DNA from: Clostridiaceae bacterium
GTDB lineage: Bacteria; Bacillota; Clostridia; DUPQ01
DNA length: 64,000 nucleotides
Reading direction: 5' to 3'
Assembly: GCA_012838235.1 (NCBI GenBank)
Contig: DUPQ01000014.1
Location: 108 to 64,107, forward strand
Part shown: positions 28,401-38,159 of the stretch, piece by piece
Layout: each line of letters starts with the position of its first letter
Position numbering within the stretch: the first letter of the stretch is position 1
The notes under the pieces: generated by a model
Databases searched by the model: none
Seen by the model: only the letters and a program-made list of their open reading frames with translations
Told to the model about the DNA's origin: nothing
Program-made: the position numbers and the translations under genes

Positions 28401-28570
28401 AAAATCTCATGTTGCATATTACCGCGGAAGGTGTGGAGACAGTGGATCAGGCCGATTTTATGAAGGATATATCCTGTGATGAGATACAGGGATATTATTA
28501 TTCCAGACCTTTGAAGACCGATGCATTGGAAGAATTCCTCAAGATTAGCGGAGTAGAGGTATTAAATTAG
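25451..28570 (+). CDS. Polytopic membrane sensor protein with GAF-like, degenerate GGDEF (AEGKF) and EAL phosphodiesterase domains, copy 2 (tandem paralogue)
   Basis: Same architecture as copy 1. I place the start at ATG 25451 (MKYALILS..., parallel to MDYALILS...), 4 nt after the copy 1 stop. The ORF-track start at 25355 overlaps copy 1 in another frame. GGDEF signature is RVAEGKF. All EAL motifs are present. Confidence 0.85.
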   Translation: MKYALILSILLYVFGCFYLVFGIYALFANVKNRVNRLFYYLTSCLAIFAISYSISNSAATEEASTFWRAFAVFGWGVYYSILIHIILIITDNKKFLKNRLAMILIYVPSLVNIILFSPLSPLKEASYNMSQTRYGWINYMPSDILSIGIAFYFIFYSILATVLIAGWWKNNKSEVLMKRQLIYFLISVSVPLITGITSVVLPNVLAKHLLHKLLIVSMIVPIIVLFFSLKKYGLFSERGKTLYVFQQGQLDSEGARIRLFETTALVFIIGGELSFLIGYFGMGKNLESELFLSTLVFIMGLISRFIPLMSKRHIVQNGLYALVCIAGMLFYTLTTADVGGLTTWTVYIIFLLYSVILDTKSHAIAFTVFVIMLQFLFWIISPEITVTVNGGEYSRRIVIILISAFSVRYLSSEYIEKEKQYKRFAKEQQVLEKISTGFLSLNKENAEEKIYEMFKMSYELLNFNHAYLVNFDSDYENATIINTFVNVVEGKKSFPFNPGMKIAVSDFPLAKALIEQKQPVMCDDINTIRPDKYDELREYFKSRDINSYFALPIFVEKDLRGMLVIEYYEKSDVHLRENRLYFLMIIANILGDTRQMNLYEEKLYDYAYFDETTKLANRNMLRKNLVQLLQNVGQTDRIAVFNIEMDNLRMINDTFGHNVGVQIVLKCVEILKSLMKECCIISRVAEGKFVLVMPTTESNEQLKERARKIIDAFTHPILLPDLDLEALFVMVSVGISLYPEDGGNADTLIKNADLAGYEAKSADERIIFCSEQLKDRVEENTLMTHKLFRSLENQEFSLEFQPEISCSTNKTVGIEALLRWTTSDKKRIPPDKFIPILEQTGLIHDVGLWVLDQALMEHNHLIANGFPPIRVSVNLSTVQFRRDDFVQNVADIIQKHGVDPKYVELEITESMLAKNFADTIDKLHQLKALGVKIAVDDFGKGYSSLHRLLLVPLDRIKIDKSIIDDVTFEAKKADIVKIIINLAKNLMLHITAEGVETVDQADFMKDISCDEIQGYYYSRPLKTDALEEFLKISGVEVLN

Positions 28571-28588
28571 TCAGAATTTCTAAAGAAT

Positions 28589-28615
28589 AACTTATTGAAA
28601 ATATGAATAAGTTTT
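28589..28615 (+). terminator. Weak AT-rich hairpin after EAL copy 2
   Basis: AACTTATT-N9-AATAAGTT followed by TT. It is all A/T except one C:G pair, so it is a marginal terminator. Confidence 0.35.
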
Positions 28616-28637
28616 AACACTTATTATTTTTTTCATA

Positions 28638-28666
28638 TTGACAACATTCATATAGTGCTGTATCAT
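28638..28666 (+). promoter_or_regulatory. Sigma-A-type promoter of the ylxM-ffh operon
   Basis: TTGACA (28638-28643), 17-nt spacer, TATCAT (28661-28666). Confidence 0.55.
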
Positions 28667-28697
28667 GTGTCAAGTAATATTACTTTACAGGAGTTTT

Positions 28698-29018
28698 ATG
28701 GATAACTACAGCAGGGCAGGGATGCTTACGGATATATACGGTTCATTACTTACCGAGAAACAATTGGAAATTCTCAGCCTGTATTTTTATGAAGATTGCT
28801 CATTGTTTGAGATATCGGAAATAATGGGTATTACCCGTCAGGCCGTACATGACGTTATAAAGAGGTCTTTGAACCTGCTGGAAGATTACGAAAACAAACT
28901 TGCAATCTACTCAAAACTGTTGGAGAACAGGGATAAAGAAAAGGAAATTAAGTCCATGCTTTCGGAAAACAGAGTAGATGAGGCTTTGCAAATACTGCAT
29001 GAGATAGTGGAGAATTAA
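28698..29018 (+). CDS. ylxM: YlxM/UPF0122 putative DNA-binding protein
   Basis: HTH LFEISEIMGITRQAVHDVIKR. Conserved position directly upstream of ffh. I place the start at ATG 28698, after AGGAG. Confidence 0.75.
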   Translation: MDNYSRAGMLTDIYGSLLTEKQLEILSLYFYEDCSLFEISEIMGITRQAVHDVIKRSLNLLEDYENKLAIYSKLLENRDKEKEIKSMLSENRVDEALQILHEIVEN

Positions 29019-30358
29019 TGGCTATATTTGAAGGCTTAAGCGAGAAGCTGGGAGCTATAATAAAAAGTTTAAGAAGCAGCGGACGTATAACGGAGAACGA
29101 TATTAAAAACATATCCCGTGAGATTCGGCTTGCTTTGTTGTCTGCTGACGTTAATTACAAAATAGTCAAAGATTTTGTTTCGGTCATATCGGAAAAAGCT
29201 TTACATAAAGATGTATTGGAAAGCCTTACTCCCGGACAGCAGGTCATTAAAATAGTCCATGAGGAATTGATAGCTTTATTGGGAGGTAAGAACGAGAAAC
29301 TTATAGTCTCATCGGATATTCCGAACAAATATATGCTGTGCGGACTGCAGGGCTCGGGTAAAACCACAGCCTGCGGAAAATTAGGGAATTTGTTGAAAAA
29401 GCAGAATAAAAGAGTGATGTTTGTCGCATGTGATGTCTATCGTCCTGCTGCAATAGACCAGCTTGTTATTTTAGGTAAACAGTTGGATATTCCCGTATAT
29501 TATGAGAATGACAATAAGGATGTAGTAAAAATAGCCAAAAACGCTATTGATCAGGCAAGGAAGTCCATGACCGATATTTTGCTCTTTGATACGGCGGGAA
29601 GACTTCATATTGATGAAGAACTGATGAATGAAATTCAGGCTTTACAGAAGGCAATAAACCCAAATGAAACACTGCTTGTTGTGGATGCCATGACCGGTCA
29701 GGATGCCGTCAATATAGCCGAGGGATTCTCCTCCAGGCTGGATCTTACCGGTATAATACTTACCAAACTGGACGGAGATACAAGAGGCGGTGCGGCTCTC
29801 TCCATTAAAACGATAGTGAATAAACCCATTAAATTCGCTTCGGTCGGAGAGAGAATGAACGATCTGGAACCGTTTTATCCGGACAGGATGGCATCACGTA
29901 TATTGGGTATGGGTGACGTTCTTTCGTTGATTGAAAAAGCTCAACAGAGTTTCGACGAGAAAAAAGCCGCTGAACTGGAGAAAAAGATGGCTACCGCCTC
30001 GTTTACACTTCAGGATTATCTGGAACAGCTTGAGCAACTTAAGGATATGGGAAATATGCAGGATCTGATTAATATGATTCCCGGCGGAGCGTCGCTTAAA
30101 AATGTAAAAGTGGATGAAAAACAAATTGTAAGAACTAAAGCCGTCATTCAGTCAATGACCGTCAAAGAGAGGAATAATCCTAAAATTTTAGATGCCAAAA
30201 GAAGAAAGAGAATTGCAGCTGGCAGCGGTACAACGGTGGCGGATGTCAACAGAGTACTGAAAGGCTTTGAAGATATGAAACTTATGATGAAAAAAATGAC
30301 CGATATGAAAGGAAAGAAATTCAAAGGAATGAATATGCCGAAAGGATTTTCCTTTTAA
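29018..30358 (+). CDS. ffh: Signal recognition particle protein Ffh
   Basis: G-domain motifs GLQGSGKTT, DTAGR and TKLDGD. Met-rich C-terminal M domain. Confidence 0.95.
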   Translation: MAIFEGLSEKLGAIIKSLRSSGRITENDIKNISREIRLALLSADVNYKIVKDFVSVISEKALHKDVLESLTPGQQVIKIVHEELIALLGGKNEKLIVSSDIPNKYMLCGLQGSGKTTACGKLGNLLKKQNKRVMFVACDVYRPAAIDQLVILGKQLDIPVYYENDNKDVVKIAKNAIDQARKSMTDILLFDTAGRLHIDEELMNEIQALQKAINPNETLLVVDAMTGQDAVNIAEGFSSRLDLTGIILTKLDGDTRGGAALSIKTIVNKPIKFASVGERMNDLEPFYPDRMASRILGMGDVLSLIEKAQQSFDEKKAAELEKKMATASFTLQDYLEQLEQLKDMGNMQDLINMIPGGASLKNVKVDEKQIVRTKAVIQSMTVKERNNPKILDAKRRKRIAAGSGTTVADVNRVLKGFEDMKLMMKKMTDMKGKKFKGMNMPKGFSF

Positions 30359-30405
30359 GAGCTTATTATTACTTTTTTGAATAAATAATTAACGGAGGTT
30401 GGAAA

Positions 30406-30651
30406 ATGGTAAAAATCAGATTGAAAAGAATCGGTACAAAAAAGAATCCTTTTTACAGAGTAGTGGTAGCGGATTCCAGATTTCCCAGAGACGGCAGATT
30501 TATCGAAGAGATAGGTATGTATGATCCTCAGTCAAATCCGTCCAGGTTTGAAATAGACATGGATAAAGCCAATGCCTGGATAGCAAAAGGTGCTCAGTGT
30601 ACCGAAACAGTCAGAGCTTTGATTAAAAAGCATACTGCAACGGAGGAATAA
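30406..30651 (+). CDS. rpsP: 30S ribosomal protein S16
   Basis: [26 protein letters not shown]-terminus. GGAGG RBS. Confidence 0.95.
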   Translation: MVKIRLKRIGTKKNPFYRVVVADSRFPRDGRFIEEIGMYDPQSNPSRFEIDMDKANAWIAKGAQCTETVRALIKKHTATEE

Positions 30652-30654
30652 GAA

Positions 30655-30885
30655 ATGAAAGAATTACTGGAAACTATTGTTTTTGCTCTTGTTGACGAAA
30701 AAGATCAGGTAGTTATAACCGAAGAAGAGGATAAAGACGGTAATACCGTTCTTAAAATATCCGCTGCTCCCAATGATGTCGGAAGAATTATCGGTAAGAA
30801 CGGTAATACCATAACGGCCATAAGGAAAATTCTCAGGGCATATGCAGTCAAACAGAGAAAAAGAGTAATAGTGGATGTACTTTAA
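30655..30885 (+). CDS. KH-domain RNA-binding protein (YlqC family)
   Basis: GRIIGKNGNTI KH motif. 76 aa. Conserved rpsP-KH-rimM order. Confidence 0.85.
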   Translation: MKELLETIVFALVDEKDQVVITEEEDKDGNTVLKISAAPNDVGRIIGKNGNTITAIRKILRAYAVKQRKRVIVDVL

Positions 30886-31401
30886 TTGAAGAAATTATTG
30901 GATATAGGAATAATAACGGGTGCTCACGGCGTAAAAGGTGAGATAAAAGTCTTACCTATATCCGCCGATGCATCCAATTTTCATTCCCTTAAAAAAGTAT
31001 TAATCAAAGGCACTCCATATATTGTAACCTCTGTCAGGTTTGTTAAGAATCAGGCATTATTAAAGCTTGACACTATAAATGACAGGACAACTGCCGATAC
31101 CTGCAAAGGTAATTATGTATCCATAACAAGAGAGCAGGCCGTTCCTTTGGAAAAAGATACTTACTATATGGAAGATATTATCGGTTGCGATGTTTTTGAG
31201 AAAAATGAGTTTACAGGTGTAATTACCGACATTATTGAAACAGGCAGCAACGATGTTTACGATATAGACGGATCTGACGGCAAATACCGGCGACAGATAC
31301 TTCTGCCTGCTATAAAATCCGTCGTTCTGAACATTGATATTGTAAATAAGAGGATAGATGTTTTGATTCCGAAAGGTCTTCTCGATGATGAATACATTTA
31401 A
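30886..31401 (+). CDS. rimM: 16S rRNA processing protein RimM
   Basis: TTG start immediately after the upstream TAA. GAHGVKGEIKV N-terminal motif and a PRC-barrel-type C-terminus. Confidence 0.85.
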   Translation: MKKLLDIGIITGAHGVKGEIKVLPISADASNFHSLKKVLIKGTPYIVTSVRFVKNQALLKLDTINDRTTADTCKGNYVSITREQAVPLEKDTYYMEDIIGCDVFEKNEFTGVITDIIETGSNDVYDIDGSDGKYRRQILLPAIKSVVLNIDIVNKRIDVLIPKGLLDDEYI

Positions 31402-32134
31402 CATATTCACGCTGTTTCCCGATATGTTCAAAGTACTGGATTACGGAATACTGGGAATAGCGAAGGATAAAGGAATAATTAAAATAAATACTGTCAATAT
31501 ACGTGACTTCTCCGCAAATAAACACAAAAAGGTGGATGACTATCCTTATGGGGGAGGTTTCGGTATGCTTATGACCTGTCAGCCGGTTTTTGATGCCGTT
31601 AACAGCGTTCCGAAAGCTCATACCGTATACATGTCACCGAAAGGCAAAGTACTGACACAGAAACGTGCAATGGAGTTATCTAAGATTAATAATATAAATA
31701 TTCTCTGCGGTCATTATGAAGGAATTGACAGACGAATTGTCGATTCATTGGTTGACGAAGAACTATCCTGCGGCGACTATATTCTTTCGGGAGGGGAGAT
31801 ACCTGCAATGATTCTCATTGACTGTGTAAGCAGGTTGATTGACGGTGTTCTTCCTCAGCCGGAAAGTTATCTGGAAGAGTCTCATACTGACAATCTTCTG
31901 GAAAGTCATCAATACACCAGACCGGAAGTGTATAACGGAATGGCCGTCCCATCGATATTGCTTTCCGGACATCATAAGAATATAGAAGAATTCCGGCTTG
32001 CTCAGAGCATTTATATCACTCTGCTTAACAGACCGGACATGCTCAGGAGACGAAAGATTACAAAAACCGAACTTAAAGTGTTTTTGATATATTATCCTCA
32101 ATTAAAAGATGATATAATTGTTTACGTTGAATAA
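31385..32134 (+). CDS. trmD: tRNA (guanine37-N1)-methyltransferase
   Basis: [26 protein letters not shown] and GDYILSGGE motifs. Confidence 0.9.
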   Translation: MMNTFNIFTLFPDMFKVLDYGILGIAKDKGIIKINTVNIRDFSANKHKKVDDYPYGGGFGMLMTCQPVFDAVNSVPKAHTVYMSPKGKVLTQKRAMELSKINNINILCGHYEGIDRRIVDSLVDEELSCGDYILSGGEIPAMILIDCVSRLIDGVLPQPESYLEESHTDNLLESHQYTRPEVYNGMAVPSILLSGHHKNIEEFRLAQSIYITLLNRPDMLRRRKITKTELKVFLIYYPQLKDDIIVYVE

Positions 32135-32151
32135 ATGAAATGGAGAACTTC

Positions 32152-33396
32152 ATGTACAAACTGGATTCTATTCGTAAGGTAGATAGAGAATTAGCAGACG
32201 CCATTCAATCGGAAATTTGCAGACAAAGAAACAATATTGAACTTATCGCTTCGGAAAATTTCGTGTCCCAGGCCGTTATGGATGCAATGGGTACGCCTTT
32301 AACAAACAAATATGCCGAAGGATATCCGGGCAGAAGATACTACGGCGGATGCGAGCATGTTGATAAGGTGGAATCATTGGCTATAAAATATGCATGCGAA
32401 CTTTTCGGTGCAGATCATGCCAATGTTCAGCCTCATTCGGGAGCCAATGCCAATTTAGCGGTGTTTTTTGCAGCGCTTAAACCCGGTGATACCGTTTTAG
32501 GTTTGGATTTATCCTGCGGAGGACATCTGTCCCACGGTATGCCCAAAAATATATCGGGAAGCTATTTTAATGTCGTTTCCTATGGTGTGGACAAAGAGAC
32601 TTATATGCTGGATTATGATGAGATAAGAAGATTAGCCCATGAACATAAACCCAAACTCATTATTGCCGGAGCTTCGGCATATTCCAGAGCAATAGATTTT
32701 GCCAAATTTAAAGATATTGCCGATGAAGTAGGAGCTTATCTTATGGTGGATATGGCTCACATAGCCGGTCTGGTGGCGGTGGGCTTACATCAGAATCCTA
32801 TTCCTTATGCCGATTTTGTCACTACGACAACTCACAAGACACTGCGCGGTCCCAGAGGCGGCCTTATACTTTGCAAGGAGCAACATAAAAAGGCAATAGA
32901 CAGTGCGATATTCCCCGGAACTCAGGGCGGTCCGCTGATGCATATAATTGCGGCAAAAGCTGTCTGTTTCAAAGAAGCCTTATCCGAAGAATTCAAATTA
33001 TATCAGCAGAATACATTATCCAATTCCAAAGCTTTATGCAGTGCATTGATGTCAAACGGCATAGATATCGTCACAAAAGGAACCGATAATCATCTTGTAC
33101 TGGCAGATCTGAGAAGTATTAACGTTACCGGTAAAGATGCTCAGAACATGCTGGATACCGTACATATAACATGCAATAAGAACGGAATTCCCTATGATAC
33201 ACAGAAACCTACGGTAACCAGCGGTATTCGCTTAGGAACCCCCGCGGTAACTACCAGGGGAATGAAAGATACGGAAATGAAAGAGATTGCTCATATTATT
33301 TACAAAACATTGACCGATTATGATAATTACAGAGAAACAGCCATTAAGAAAGTCAAGGAACTGATTAACAGATTTCCTTTATACGATGAAAAATGA
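32152..33396 (+). CDS. glyA: Serine hydroxymethyltransferase
   Basis: PLP-lysine segment [15 protein letters not shown] place the start at ATG 32152, preceded by GGAGA (ORF track gives 32140). Confidence 0.95.
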   Translation: MYKLDSIRKVDRELADAIQSEICRQRNNIELIASENFVSQAVMDAMGTPLTNKYAEGYPGRRYYGGCEHVDKVESLAIKYACELFGADHANVQPHSGANANLAVFFAALKPGDTVLGLDLSCGGHLSHGMPKNISGSYFNVVSYGVDKETYMLDYDEIRRLAHEHKPKLIIAGASAYSRAIDFAKFKDIADEVGAYLMVDMAHIAGLVAVGLHQNPIPYADFVTTTTHKTLRGPRGGLILCKEQHKKAIDSAIFPGTQGGPLMHIIAAKAVCFKEALSEEFKLYQQNTLSNSKALCSALMSNGIDIVTKGTDNHLVLADLRSINVTGKDAQNMLDTVHITCNKNGIPYDTQKPTVTSGIRLGTPAVTTRGMKDTEMKEIAHIIYKTLTDYDNYRETAIKKVKELINRFPLYDEK

Positions 33397-34669
33397 ACCG
33401 TTAGCTTACAGAATGAGTCCGAGAACTTTGGATGAATTCGTGGGACAACTTCATATAGTCGGAGAAAAGAAGCTTTTGAGAAGAATGATAGAGGCGGATA
33501 ATCTCCACTCCATTATATTCTTCGGTCCTCCGGGAACGGGGAAGACCGCTTTGGCCAGGATAATCGCCAACATGACCAAATCCGCTTTTGTATCCTTAAA
33601 CGCCGTTACCTGCGGCATAGCGGATATTAAACAGATAGTAGCCGACACGAAAAATCTGTTTTTAAATCCCTCCGGTCGAACCGTACTGTTTCTGGACGAG
33701 ATACACAGATTCAATAAAGCTCAACAGGATTCATTATTGCCTCACATCGAAAACGGAACCATTGTGTTAATAGGTGCAACGACGGAGAATCCGTATTTTG
33801 AAGTAAATAAGTCTTTATTATCCCGTTCCACTGTATTTATGTTGAATCCTCTTACAAAAGAAGATATATATACCATTCTGAAGAACGCATTAAATGATAA
33901 AGAAAGAGGATACGGAAATTACGATATAGAGATTTCCGAAGAGACACTGAAAAGACTTGCTTCTTCCAGTTCCGGTGACGCAAGAATTGCTTTGAATGCT
34001 TTGGAATTGGCTGTACTTACAACCAAATGCGACAAGTCCGGCAAAACTGTTATCACAAACCAAGTACTAAAAGAATGTATGCAGAATAATGCCATTCGTT
34101 TCGATAAAGACGGAGAAGACCATTATGATAATATAAGTGCGTTTATCAAATCCATGAGGGGCTCCTCTCCGGACGGAGCACTTTTTTATCTCGGAAAAGC
34201 ACTTATTGCCGGTGAGGATATCAATTTTTTAGCAAGAAGAATAGTAATCTGTGCGGCAGAAGATGTGGGATTGGCCAATCCCAATGCTTTGGTTGTGGCA
34301 CAATCGGCCGCCGAAGCTGTAAGAATGATAGGAATGCCCGAGGCATCGTTGATACTGGCTGAAGCTGCGGTGTACGTAGCCGTATCGGCAAAATCCAATT
34401 CCTGCTATGCGGGTATTTCCGCCGTATTCGATGATTTAAAGAATATAGAGACAGGTGAGACTCCCATGTGGTTGCGAAACGCACCGGTTGCCGAAATGAA
34501 ACAGCACGGTTATTCCGTAGGGTATAAATACGCTCACGATTATGAAGGAAATTATGTTGAACAGCAGTATCTGCCTGATATAATAAAAGATAAGATTTAC
34601 TATAAACCGACCGACAACGGTGAAGAAGGGAAACTTACCGAATGGATGAAAAAAAGAAAGCAGTCTTAA
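33386..34669 (+). CDS. rarA: Replication-associated recombination protein A (AAA+ ATPase)
   Basis: [17 protein letters not shown] start, Walker A GPPGTGKT, Walker [12 protein letters not shown], and a MgsA-type C-terminal domain. Confidence 0.9.
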   Translation: MKNEPLAYRMSPRTLDEFVGQLHIVGEKKLLRRMIEADNLHSIIFFGPPGTGKTALARIIANMTKSAFVSLNAVTCGIADIKQIVADTKNLFLNPSGRTVLFLDEIHRFNKAQQDSLLPHIENGTIVLIGATTENPYFEVNKSLLSRSTVFMLNPLTKEDIYTILKNALNDKERGYGNYDIEISEETLKRLASSSSGDARIALNALELAVLTTKCDKSGKTVITNQVLKECMQNNAIRFDKDGEDHYDNISAFIKSMRGSSPDGALFYLGKALIAGEDINFLARRIVICAAEDVGLANPNALVVAQSAAEAVRMIGMPEASLILAEAAVYVAVSAKSNSCYAGISAVFDDLKNIETGETPMWLRNAPVAEMKQHGYSVGYKYAHDYEGNYVEQQYLPDIIKDKIYYKPTDNGEEGKLTEWMKKRKQS

Positions 34670-34908
34670 AAAGAGTTTTAGCATGGATATATATAATACT
34701 TTTTATTTTTGTAATCTTAAACCTTATGATATTGGATTTTTATGAGGAGTATTTTCTTGTTGCATATATAGTATTATTAATTGTATATTTTGCGGTTTTC
34801 AGAAATAAACCCGATGAAAAAACAAAAGACAACAACAGTATAAAAGATGACGGTAATAATAAAGGCGATGATAGCACTAAAAACGATAGTGTTGCCGATA
34901 GAGAATAG
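34642..34908 (+). CDS. Hypothetical small membrane protein (two hydrophobic helices, charged Asp/Lys/Asn-rich tail)
   Basis: ORF only. It overlaps the rarA end by 28 nt. I recognise no motif. Confidence 0.35.
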   Translation: MDEKKKAVLKRVLAWIYIILFIFVILNLMILDFYEEYFLVAYIVLLIVYFAVFRNKPDEKTKDNNSIKDDGNNKGDDSTKNDSVADRE

Positions 34909-34920
34909 ACAGGAGTTTTT

Positions 34921-36096
34921 ATGAAACATATATATTTAGACAACGCCGCGACCACACAACTTGATCAGGACGTTTTGGAAAAGATGAAGCCTTTTATCAG
35001 GGATTATTACGGTAATCCTTCGTCGATATATTCTTTCGGAAGAGAGAGTTTAAAAGCAATTGAACAGGCAAGAGAAACAGTTGCATCCTGCTTCAATTGC
35101 AGAAGCAGTGAGATATATTTTACTTCCTGCGGTACCGAAAGCGATAATTGGGCTATAAAGGGGATATGTTCTTCTCACAGAGCTAAAGGTAAACATATCA
35201 TAACCACAAACATAGAGCATCCCGCAGTTTTGGATACTTTCCGGTATATGAAAAAGATCGGTTATGACATTACGTTGGTCCCCGTGGAGAAAAACGGTAT
35301 TGTCAATGCTTCGGATATTGAAAAAGCAATACGCAAAGATACCATATTAATCTCGGTAATGTTTGCAAACAATGAAATAGGAACAATACAGCCTATAGCC
35401 GAGATAGGAGCAATAGCAAAAAAGCATAATATAGTGTTTCATACAGATGCCGTTCAGGCTGCAGGGGCGATACCTATTGATGTAAAAGCATTGAATATTG
35501 ACCTTATGTCCGTTTCCGCTCATAAGTTTCACGGACCTAAGGGTGTCGGAGCCCTGTATATCAAAAGAGGTATTGTTATTGATAATCTTTTGCACGGCGG
35601 AGGACAGGAGAGAACCAGAAGAGCGGCTACCGAGAATGTCTGCGGGATAGTAGGCCTGGCGGAAGCACTGAGACTGTCGGTGGAAAATATGGAGAAAAAT
35701 AATGCGCATATCAAGGCAATAAGAGATGCGGTAAAAGCAGGTATTGAGGCTAAGGTTCCGTATATTATCTACAACGGTGATGAAACAAACAGACTTGTCA
35801 ATAACATAAATTTCTGTTTTAAGTTCATTGAAGGGGAAGCATTGATACTTCTTCTGGATATGAAAGGCATATGTGCTTCTTCCGGCTCGGCATGCGCATC
35901 TAAATCGCTGGATCCTTCACATGTGCTTTTAGCACTGGGATTACCGCACGAGATTGCACACGGTTCTTTGCGATTGACATTCGGCAAAGACAGTTCCATG
36001 AACGATGTGGACTATATAGTCAATACTGTTGCTCAAACGGTGGACAGATTGAGACAAATGTCGCCTTTGTATGAATCTTTCATAAAAGAACACTGA
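34921..36096 (+). CDS. nifS: Cysteine desulfurase NifS
   Basis: PLP-lysine SAHKFHGPKG and active-site Cys loop SSGSACAS. Followed by the nifU/iscU scaffold gene. Confidence 0.9.
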   Translation: MKHIYLDNAATTQLDQDVLEKMKPFIRDYYGNPSSIYSFGRESLKAIEQARETVASCFNCRSSEIYFTSCGTESDNWAIKGICSSHRAKGKHIITTNIEHPAVLDTFRYMKKIGYDITLVPVEKNGIVNASDIEKAIRKDTILISVMFANNEIGTIQPIAEIGAIAKKHNIVFHTDAVQAAGAIPIDVKALNIDLMSVSAHKFHGPKGVGALYIKRGIVIDNLLHGGGQERTRRAATENVCGIVGLAEALRLSVENMEKNNAHIKAIRDAVKAGIEAKVPYIIYNGDETNRLVNNINFCFKFIEGEALILLLDMKGICASSGSACASKSLDPSHVLLALGLPHEIAHGSLRLTFGKDSSMNDVDYIVNTVAQTVDRLRQMSPLYESFIKEH

Positions 36097-36157
36097 TGAT
36101 AACTATTATAGCTGCCATATTATGCTATAATATAAAAAATGAAAGGAGTGCATGTTA

Positions 36158-36586
36158 ATGTACAGCGCTAAAGTAATGGATCATTTCGCAAATCCCCGCA
36201 ATGTGGGAGTGCTTGCCGATGCCAATGCGGTAGGACAGGTAGGCAATGCCAAATGCGGAGATATTATGAAAATATACATGAAGATAGAAGATAATATTAT
36301 TAAAGATGTCAGTTTCATGACTTTCGGATGCGGAGCGGCAATTGCAACAAGCAGTATGGCTACCGAGCTGGTTAAAGGCAAAACAGTAGAAGAAGCCTTG
36401 ACATTAACCAATAAGGCAGTTATGGACGCACTGGACGGGTTACCGCCGGTTAAGGTGCATTGTTCACTGCTTGCGGAAGAGGCGATAAAGGCGGCTATAT
36501 ATGACTACAAAAAGAGTATCGGGGAACAGGTGACGGAAGATAACTTTGCCTGTAATACCTGTTGCCATAATAAAAAGTGCGAATAG
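36158..36586 (+). CDS. nifU: Fe-S cluster assembly scaffold NifU/IscU
   Basis: MYSAKVMDHFANPRN start. Three conserved Cys (GNAKCGD, FGCGAAIA, HCSLLA). ATG 36158 has better spacing from AAGGAG than 36152. Confidence 0.9.
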   Translation: MYSAKVMDHFANPRNVGVLADANAVGQVGNAKCGDIMKIYMKIEDNIIKDVSFMTFGCGAAIATSSMATELVKGKTVEEALTLTNKAVMDALDGLPPVKVHCSLLAEEAIKAAIYDYKKSIGEQVTEDNFACNTCCHNKKCE

Positions 36587-36595
36587 GAGAATAAA

Positions 36596-38044
36596 ATGGT
36601 AGAGAACAAAGATATAAAAGATGTACTTTTTTATGAAAGAAAGAATGTCTGGAAGGAAATAAACGAAGAACAGGTTACTTCCATAAATCAATTTTCCGAA
36701 GGATATAAAAAGTTTTTAGACCAGTGTAAAACCGAAAGAGAATGTGTTAAATACATACATAATCTTTGTTTAACAAAAGAAAACAGCTTTATATCCCTTA
36801 AGAGTGCCTACAAAAACAGACAGCAACTGCACCCCGGAGATAAGCTTTATTACATCGAACACAATAAGGCAATTATCTTGATTACAATCGGTAAGGAGGG
36901 ACTTTCTCAGGGAGTTAAAATAATAGGTTCACACATAGATGCTCCCAGACTGGATTTAAAACCTCTCCCGATATTTGAAGACACCGAGCTGGGTTTTCTT
37001 AAAACTCACTATTACGGTGGTATAAGAAAATATCAGTGGGTATCGGTTCCGCTGGCTCTTCACGGAATAATTTATAAGGCTGACGGCACCGAAGTGGAGA
37101 TAAACATAGGTGAGAGTGAAACCGACCCTATCTTCGTCATTCCCGATTTACTTCCGCATCTTTCGGCCGAACAGAATAAATTGCCTTTAAAGGATGCCAT
37201 TCCGGGAGAAAGTCTCAATCTTCTTACAGGTTCGGTTCCCAATGTCGACACGGAGGTCACTGACAAGGTCAAAGCGACCATTTTGCAGTTGCTTAATAAC
37301 AAGTACGGTATAACCGAAAAAGACTTCATAAACGCCGAAATAGAGGCGGTTCCCGCCATGAAGGCAAGAGATGTGGGTATAGATAAGTCTTTTGTAGGCG
37401 GATACGGACAGGATGACAGAGTATGTGCATATACATCATTGATGGCATTCTTCGATGCAAGCAACATTATTAACGATAAGACCTGCTACTGCTACTTCTC
37501 GGATAAAGAAGAGATAGGTTCTTACGGAAATACCGGAGCACAGTGTGATACATTAACTTATGTAACCGAACTGATTGCAGAATTACTGGCTCCTTCGGAT
37601 AAGAATGACAAGCAAAGTATTAATGTTAAAAATGTTTTCAGAGAATCGGTTATGCTTTCAGCCGATGTGGCTGCCGCTTTCGATCCCAACCATAAAACCG
37701 TATTTGAAGCCAATAACGCGGCATATATCAACAGGGGAATCGCACTTTCCAAATATAACGGTGCAGGCGGTAAAGGCGGCACAAGCGATGCTAATGCGGA
37801 GTTTGTCAATGCCGTAACCAAATTATTCGATCAAAGTGACGATATAGTCTGGCAGATTGCGGAACTGGGTAAGATTGATGCGGGCGGGGGAGGGACCATC
37901 TCCAAATTCGGTGCTCACTTAGGTATCAATGTGTTAGATGCCGGAGTACCTGTATTATCCATGCATTCACCTTATGAGATTACCAGCAAAGCCGATATCT
38001 ATATGACATATAAAGCGTTTAAAGCATTTTACGAGAATCTGTGA
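36596..38044 (+). CDS. M18-family aminopeptidase
   Basis: GSHIDAPRLDLKP, HYYGGIRKYQW and SMHSPYE segments are typical of the aspartyl-aminopeptidase-like M18 family. Confidence 0.8.
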   Translation: MVENKDIKDVLFYERKNVWKEINEEQVTSINQFSEGYKKFLDQCKTERECVKYIHNLCLTKENSFISLKSAYKNRQQLHPGDKLYYIEHNKAIILITIGKEGLSQGVKIIGSHIDAPRLDLKPLPIFEDTELGFLKTHYYGGIRKYQWVSVPLALHGIIYKADGTEVEINIGESETDPIFVIPDLLPHLSAEQNKLPLKDAIPGESLNLLTGSVPNVDTEVTDKVKATILQLLNNKYGITEKDFINAEIEAVPAMKARDVGIDKSFVGGYGQDDRVCAYTSLMAFFDASNIINDKTCYCYFSDKEEIGSYGNTGAQCDTLTYVTELIAELLAPSDKNDKQSINVKNVFRESVMLSADVAAAFDPNHKTVFEANNAAYINRGIALSKYNGAGGKGGTSDANAEFVNAVTKLFDQSDDIVWQIAELGKIDAGGGGTISKFGAHLGINVLDAGVPVLSMHSPYEITSKADIYMTYKAFKAFYENL

Positions 38045-38067
38045 TAAAGCATTGAAAGAAAGAAAGT

Positions 38068-38093
38068 AAAAGACCTTTCGGGGTCTTTTTTTC
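38068..38093 (+). terminator. Intrinsic terminator after the aminopeptidase gene
   Basis: AAAAGACC-tttcg-GGGTCTTTT hairpin followed by a T-run. Confidence 0.85.
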
Positions 38094-38159
38094 TTTATAT
38101 TCTGTAATTTTTTATTTTTTTTCTTATGTATTTCTGAACCTGTCATCATTCATCTGCAA

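Noticed and set aside
34921-36586. Two cysteine desulfurase loci (nifS-nifU at 34921-36586 and iscS-thiI at 51606-53952) as an unusual duplication
   Set aside because: Dedicated NifS/NifU and ThiI-associated desulfurases are a common arrangement in Firmicutes and need no special explanation.
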